Shown in pieces: positions 59,403 to 64,000 of a stretch of 64,000 nucleotides of DNA. The notes under the pieces were generated by a model. That model saw only the letters and a list, made by a program, of their open reading frames with translations, did no database searches and had not been told where the DNA came from. The position numbers were made by a program, and so were the translations under genes. This DNA is from Oscillospiraceae bacterium (lineage in GTDB: Bacteria > Bacillota > Clostridia > Oscillospirales > Oscillospiraceae): NCBI GenBank assembly GCA_045640565.1, contig JAZUFG010000114.1, positions 1,846 through 65,845 on the forward strand, written 5' to 3'. Position 1 is the stretch's first letter. The number at the start of each line of letters is the position of its first letter.

Positions 59403-59945
59403 TTAACCGTAGAACGGAGCGCCGATCAGAGTCAGCAGTTCCTTGGCTTCTTCATCCGTATTTGCAGTGGTGCAGATGCAGATGTCCATGCCGCGGACTT
59501 TGTCAACTTTATCGTACTCAATTTCGGGGAAAATCAACTGTTCCTTCAGGCCGAAGGCATAATTGCCGCGGCCGTCAAAGGCATTGGGGTTGATGCCGCG
59601 GAAGTCACGGACACGGGGAAGTGCAACATTAAAGAGCCGGTCCAGGAATTCCCACATCTTTGCGCCGCGGAGCGTGACCTTAACACCAACGGTCTCGCCT
59701 TCACGAACCTTGAAGTTTGCAACAGACTTGCGAGCTTTGGTGGTGATGGGCATCTGGCCGGTGATTGCAGCAATATCCTTGCAGATCGCTTCGATTTCCT
59801 TTGCGTTGCCCTTGCTTTCGCCGCAGCCAACGTTCACGATAACCTTGTCAACCTTAGGAATCTGCATAACGCTCTTATAAGCGAATTTGTTCATCAGAGC
59901 AGGAGCAATTTCATTATCATACTTAACTTTCAGTCTTGCAGCCAT
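59403..59945 (-). CDS. rplE: 50S ribosomal protein L5
   Basis: [18 protein letters not shown]... and the PEIEYDKVD motif. Confidence 0.95.
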   Translation of the reverse strand: MAARLKVKYDNEIAPALMNKFAYKSVMQIPKVDKVIVNVGCGESKGNAKEIEAICKDIAAITGQMPITTKARKSVANFKVREGETVGVKVTLRGAKMWEFLDRLFNVALPRVRDFRGINPNAFDGRGNYAFGLKEQLIFPEIEYDKVDKVRGMDICICTTANTDEEAKELLTLIGAPFYG

Positions 59946-59963
59946 AATCTTCGCTCCTCCTTA

Positions 59964-60269
59964 TCAGATTTCTGCGCCGCATTTTTTGCAGACGCGAATT
60001 TTCTTGCCGTCAGCCATCTTATAGCCAACGCGAGTACCCTTTTCGCACTTGCTGCAGAAGAGCTGCACTTTGTCAGCGCGGATGGGGATTTCCTTATGGA
60101 CAATGCCGCCCTCTTCGCCCTGCTTGCGAGCCTTCTGATGGCAGGTAGCAACACAGACACCTTCAACGATGAGCTTGTTCTCAGCGGGGTAAGCTTCCAG
60201 GACTTTGCCCTTCTTGCCCTTATCCTTACCGGACAGGACGATAACAGTATCGTTACTCTTAATCTTCAT
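59964..60269 (-). CDS. rplX: 50S ribosomal protein L24
   Basis: MKIKSNDTVIVLSGKDKGKKGKV KOW motif. Confidence 0.95.
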   Translation of the reverse strand: MKIKSNDTVIVLSGKDKGKKGKVLEAYPAENKLIVEGVCVATCHQKARKQGEEGGIVHKEIPIRADKVQLFCSKCEKGTRVGYKMADGKKIRVCKKCGAEI

Positions 60270-60281
60270 CGGGTACCTCCG

Positions 60282-60650
60282 TTAAATGGTCTCCGGAGCA
60301 AGGGAGAGGATCTTCATAAATTCTTTTTCACGAAGCTCTCTTGCCACGGGCCCAAAAATACGGGTGCCGCTGGGGCTCTTGTCATCCTTGATCAGAACAG
60401 CAGCGTTCTCATCAAAGCGAACATAAGTTCCGTCAGCGCGGTGTACACCCTTCTTGGTGCGGACGATAACTGCCTTGACAACATCGCCCTTTTTGACGCT
60501 GCCGCCCGGCTGAGCCTTGCGGACAGAAGCAACAATCACATCACCGATGTTGCCGAACTTCCGCTTGGAACCGCCGAGGACGCGGATACATTTGATCTCT
60601 TTGGCGCCGGTATTGTCGGCAACCTTCAGATAACTCTCTTCATGAATCAT
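60282..60650 (-). CDS. rplN: 50S ribosomal protein L14
   Basis: [27 protein letters not shown]. Confidence 0.95.
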   Translation of the reverse strand: MIHEESYLKVADNTGAKEIKCIRVLGGSKRKFGNIGDVIVASVRKAQPGGSVKKGDVVKAVIVRTKKGVHRADGTYVRFDENAAVLIKDDKSPSGTRIFGPVARELREKEFMKILSLAPETI

Positions 60651-60664
60651 GATTCGTTGCCTCC

Positions 60665-60928
60665 TTACTTAGCCTTTTCGATAATCTCAACGAGTCTCCA
60701 TCTCTTATCCTTGGAAAGAGGACGGGTCTCCATAACCTTGACGATATCGCCGGTATGGGCTTCGTTGTTTTCGTCATGAGCCTTCAACTTGTAAGTGTTC
60801 TTGACGATCTTTTTGTACAGCTTATGCTGCACGCTATTCTCGATTGCAACCACGATGGTCTTGTCCATCTTATCGGAGACGACCTGACCAACTCTGGTTT
60901 TACGGAAAGCTCTTGTATTTTCAGTCAT
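60665..60928 (-). CDS. rpsQ: 30S ribosomal protein S17
   Basis: [19 protein letters not shown]...[13 protein letters not shown]. Confidence 0.95.
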   Translation of the reverse strand: MTENTRAFRKTRVGQVVSDKMDKTIVVAIENSVQHKLYKKIVKNTYKLKAHDENNEAHTGDIVKVMETRPLSKDKRWRLVEIIEKAK

Positions 60929-60942
60929 TTTCGCTTACCTCC

Positions 60943-61137
60943 TTAGTTTTCGGCCTGCTTCTCACGAATGATGGTCTGAACGCGAGCAATGTCCTTTTTC
61001 ACGACATTGATCTGAGTGGGGTTCTCAAGCTGGTTGGTTGCATGCTGCATTCTGAGAGTGAAGAGGTTCTTCTTCAGCTCTGCGGCTTTCGCTTCCAGTT
61101 CAGCGGCGGTCATATTTCTGAGTTCTGCAGTTTTCAT
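60943..61137 (-). CDS. rpmC: 50S ribosomal protein L29
   Basis: [35 protein letters not shown] overlap with rplP. The track start is 14 codons upstream, inside rplP. Confidence 0.9.
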   Translation of the reverse strand: MKTAELRNMTAAELEAKAAELKKNLFTLRMQHATNQLENPTQINVVKKDIARVQTIIREKQAEN

Positions 61138-61562
61138 GCTTCTTGACCCTCGCTTTCTTCTTTCTTGATAATGCGGCACTTAATGGGCAGCTTATGCATA
61201 GCCAGACGGAGAGCTTCGCGAGCGACATCATCAGGAACGCCGCCGATCTCAAACATAACCTTCTGGGCCTTTACAACTGCAACCCACTGTTCAGGGGCAC
61301 CTTTACCGGAACCCATACGAACACCGAGAGCCTTTTTGGAAATAGGCTTGTCGGGGAAAATTTTGATCCAAACCTGACCGCCACGCTTGGTGTAACGGGT
61401 CATAGCAATACGGGCAGCTTCAATCTGGTTGCCGGTGATCCAGGAGGGCTCCAGAGCCTGAAGACCATAATCACCGTAAGCGACCTTGTTACCGCGGGAA
61501 GCAGCGCCGGTCATGCGGCCTCTCTGCACTTTGCGGTACTTGGTTCTCTTGGGCATTAACAT
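61134..61562 (-). CDS. rplP: 50S ribosomal protein L16
   Basis: [17 protein letters not shown]. Confidence 0.95.
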   Translation of the reverse strand: MLMPKRTKYRKVQRGRMTGAASRGNKVAYGDYGLQALEPSWITGNQIEAARIAMTRYTKRGGQVWIKIFPDKPISKKALGVRMGSGKGAPEQWVAVVKAQKVMFEIGGVPDDVAREALRLAMHKLPIKCRIIKKEESEGQEA

Positions 61563-62386
61563 CAGCGGTTGCCTCCTTCTCTGCGGGTAAAGGTTCTCTC
61601 GCCGTTATTGGCGTTGTCCTTACCAGCGAAATTTCTGTCTCTATTGAACGGACGGCGTTCGCCCTGAGGACGATCACCGGGACGGCGTTCGCGGCGTTCA
61701 CCGTTGCGGCGTTCACGGCGCTCACGCTTTGCAGGTTCGGGATTTTCACTGCGGAGAGTGGAGTTCAGAACTTCGCCCTTGTAGATCCAAACCTTGCATC
61801 CGACCTTGCCATAAGTGGTATTGGCCTCGGCAAAACCGTAGTCAATATCGGCACGGAGAGTCTGAAGAGGAATGGTTCCTTCATGATAGGACTCGGATCT
61901 GGCAATTTCAGCACCGCCGAGACGGCCGCCGCAGGTACACTTGATACCCTTGGCACCCAGACGGGTCGCTCTCTGCATAGCCTGCTTCATTGCACGGCGG
62001 AAGGAAATTCTCTTCTCCAGCTGAGCTGCGATGTTTTCTGCAACAAGCTGAGCATTCAGATCGGGGCTGCGAACTTCAACAATGTTCAGTGCAACGGGCT
62101 TGCCAATCTTCTTCTCAATATCCAGACGGAGCTTCTCGATTTCCGTGCCGCCCTTACCGATGATGACACCGGGACGGGAGCAATGAATGAAAATCTTAAC
62201 TTTCTTATCGCGCTCGATTTCGATCTTCGCGATGCCTGCTGCGTACAGGGCTTTCTTCAGGTCTGTACGGATCTTGTGGTCTTCCACGATGAGGTCGCCG
62301 ACTTTTTCTTCGCTGGCATACCAACGGGAATCCCAATCCTTAATAACACCAACACGCAGACCGTGGGGATTAACTTTCTGTCCCAT
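61562..62386 (-). CDS. rpsC: 30S ribosomal protein S3 with an Arg/Glu-rich C-terminal extension
   Basis: [13 protein letters not shown], a KH domain, then a tail of about 60 aa: [33 protein letters not shown]... Confidence 0.95.
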   Translation of the reverse strand: MGQKVNPHGLRVGVIKDWDSRWYASEEKVGDLIVEDHKIRTDLKKALYAAGIAKIEIERDKKVKIFIHCSRPGVIIGKGGTEIEKLRLDIEKKIGKPVALNIVEVRSPDLNAQLVAENIAAQLEKRISFRRAMKQAMQRATRLGAKGIKCTCGGRLGGAEIARSESYHEGTIPLQTLRADIDYGFAEANTTYGKVGCKVWIYKGEVLNSTLRSENPEPAKRERRERRNGERRERRPGDRPQGERRPFNRDRNFAGKDNANNGERTFTRREGGNR

Positions 62387-62396
62387 AGTACCCTCC

Positions 62397-62732
62397 TTAA
62401 GCCTTCTCGCTCACACCGATGGTGATGTGAGTGGTTCTCTTGAGAATCCGACTGTATCTGCCACGAGCAGTGGGTCTTCCGCGCTTCAGCACGGGACCGG
62501 GATCAGCCAGAGCCAAGGAAACATAGAGATTGTCAGCATCCATATTGAAATTGTTCTCGGCATTTGCTTTTGCAGAGTCAAGAACCTTCAGAACGGGCTC
62601 ACAGGCAATCTTGGAGGTGTTCATCAGATAAGCACGGGCAGTCTTAACATCCTGGCCGCGGATCATATCCATGACAACCTTAACCTTACGAGGGGACATA
62701 CGCAGGAATTTCAGTTTAGCAATAGCTTCCAT
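62397..62732 (-). CDS. rplV: 50S ribosomal protein L22
   Basis: [21 protein letters not shown]. Confidence 0.95.
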   Translation of the reverse strand: MEAIAKLKFLRMSPRKVKVVMDMIRGQDVKTARAYLMNTSKIACEPVLKVLDSAKANAENNFNMDADNLYVSLALADPGPVLKRGRPTARGRYSRILKRTTHITIGVSEKA

Positions 62733-62746
62733 GATGTTCTCCTCCC

Positions 62747-63031
62747 TTAAGCATTACCGTTATTGGAGGTCTTGGAGCCGGCGTGGCCTCTGAAAGTTCT
62801 GGTGGGAACAAATTCGCCGAGCTTGTGACCAACCATATCTTCCGTGATATACACGGGAACATGTCTGCGGCCATCGTGAACTGCGATGGTGTGGCCGACA
62901 AAGGAGGGGAAAATCGTGGAGGCTCTGGACCAGGTCTTCAGAACTTTCTTTTCACCGGTCTTGTTCAGTTCTTCAACACGCTTGAAGAGCTCGGGTGCCA
63001 CAAAGGGTCCCTTTTTAATGCTTCTGCTCAT
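62747..63031 (-). CDS. rpsS: 30S ribosomal protein S19
   Basis: [15 protein letters not shown]...[23 protein letters not shown]. Confidence 0.95.
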   Translation of the reverse strand: MSRSIKKGPFVAPELFKRVEELNKTGEKKVLKTWSRASTIFPSFVGHTIAVHDGRRHVPVYITEDMVGHKLGEFVPTRTFRGHAGSKTSNNGNA

Positions 63032-63043
63032 TTCGTATCCTCC

Positions 63044-63880
63044 TTACTTGCTGTTTCTGCGCTTGACGATGAACTTATTGGTGCGGTTCTTCGTCTTACG
63101 AGTCTTATAACCCATAGCAGGCTTGCCCCAAGGGGTAACAGGGCCGGGACGGCCAACAGGGGACTTGCCTTCGCCACCGCCGTGGGGGTGGTCATTCGGG
63201 TTCATAACAGAGCCGCGGACGGTAGGACGGATGCCCATGTGACGCTTACGGCCTGCTTTGCCGAGGTGAACATTCTCATGATCGATATTGCCGACTTCAC
63301 CGATAACTGCGGTGCAGTTGGTACGGATCAGACGGACCTCTCCGGAGGGCATTCTGATCTGAGCCATATCGTTTTCCTTAGCCATCAGCTGAGCAAAGGT
63401 GCCGGCGGCACGGACCAGCTGAGCACCACGGCCGGGATTCAGCTCCACATTGTGGATGATGGTACCGACGGGGATGTTAGCGATGGGCAGGCAGTTGCCG
63501 GGCTTAATATCTGCATTGGCAGAAGCCACGATGACATCTCCGGCCTTCAGGCCCACAGGAGCCAGAATGTAACGGAGCTCATTGTCTTCGTATTTTACGA
63601 GAGCAATGAAGGCGCTGCGGTTGGGGTCATATTCAATGCGCTGCACAGTTGCAGGCATATCCAACTTTTCACGCTTGAAATCAATGATTCTGAACTTGCG
63701 CTTGTTGCCGCCGCCACGGTGACGGACGGTGATCTTGCCATAGCTGTTGCGGCCGGCATGCTTCTTCAGATTGGTGAGCAAGCTGCGTTCCGGCTTCGCA
63801 TTCTTATCAACGCCCTCGAAGGCAGAAACAGTCATGTTTCTTCTGGAGGGGGTATAAGGCTTAAAAGATTTAATTGCCAT
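63044..63880 (-). CDS. rplB: 50S ribosomal protein L2
   Basis: [14 protein letters not shown]...[16 protein letters not shown]...[13 protein letters not shown]. Confidence 0.95.
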   Translation of the reverse strand: MAIKSFKPYTPSRRNMTVSAFEGVDKNAKPERSLLTNLKKHAGRNSYGKITVRHRGGGNKRKFRIIDFKREKLDMPATVQRIEYDPNRSAFIALVKYEDNELRYILAPVGLKAGDVIVASANADIKPGNCLPIANIPVGTIIHNVELNPGRGAQLVRAAGTFAQLMAKENDMAQIRMPSGEVRLIRTNCTAVIGEVGNIDHENVHLGKAGRKRHMGIRPTVRGSVMNPNDHPHGGGEGKSPVGRPGPVTPWGKPAMGYKTRKTKNRTNKFIVKRRNSK

Positions 63881-63905
63881 TTTGCATTACACTCCTTTTC
63901 AAGAA

Positions 63906-64000
63906 TCAGACCATGCCTTCGAAGAACTCAATGGTCTTGGAGTCAGCAGTCAGTTTAACCATTGCTTTCTTATAGGCAGCGCGGCGGCCCTTAGGATAGG
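63906..64000 (-). CDS. rplW: 50S ribosomal protein L23, C-terminal fragment (5' end outside window)
   Basis: The minus-strand frame ends ...EFFEGMV followed by TGA, 25 nt before rplB. Canonical S10-operon position. Confidence 0.7.
   Translation of the reverse strand, partial: YPKGRRAAYKKAMVKLTADSKTIEFFEGMV

Overview
The window reads as a Gram-positive, Clostridia-like chromosome segment, about 55-60% GC in hand-counted 60-nt lines. It is dominated by core housekeeping genes.

Plus-strand blocks:
- thiI' (partial)-dusB-deoC-deoB-cdd
- tRNA-Ser(GGA)
- a tightly coupled THUMP methyltransferase / Cys-rich small protein / nudC / CDF / MATE operon
- SDR, yqeC, DUF1846, and a deacetylase-like gene

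Minus-strand blocks:
- rpoD
- tig-clpP-clpX-lon-engB
- potA-potB-potCD
- a ClpE-like AAA+ gene
- ecfA1-ecfA2-ecfT-truA
- PBP1A
- a 13.5 kb ribosomal S10/spc/alpha cluster running rplW' to rplQ, including rpmJ, which is too short for the ORF track

I found no rRNA, CRISPR array, transposase, integrase or phage genes. I also do not see a convincing new multi-gene protein system.

The signals not explained by ordinary annotation are:
1. A 196-bp array of 28 tandem heptanucleotides (NNNCAAG) lying exactly between the stop codon and the terminator of the deacetylase-like gene.
2. A structured untranslated leader of about 350 nt, with its own promoter and an intrinsic terminator 50 nt before potA. 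I could not match it to any riboswitch class from memory.
3. Several unusual domain fusions: PotC-PotD with an internal lipobox, and NifX-like + Cys/His linker + SlyD-type FKBP.
4. A low-GC 3 kb islet next to the tRNA.

Many long ORFs in the track are antisense mirrors of real genes and were rejected. All family assignments come from reading motifs by eye. No database search was run.
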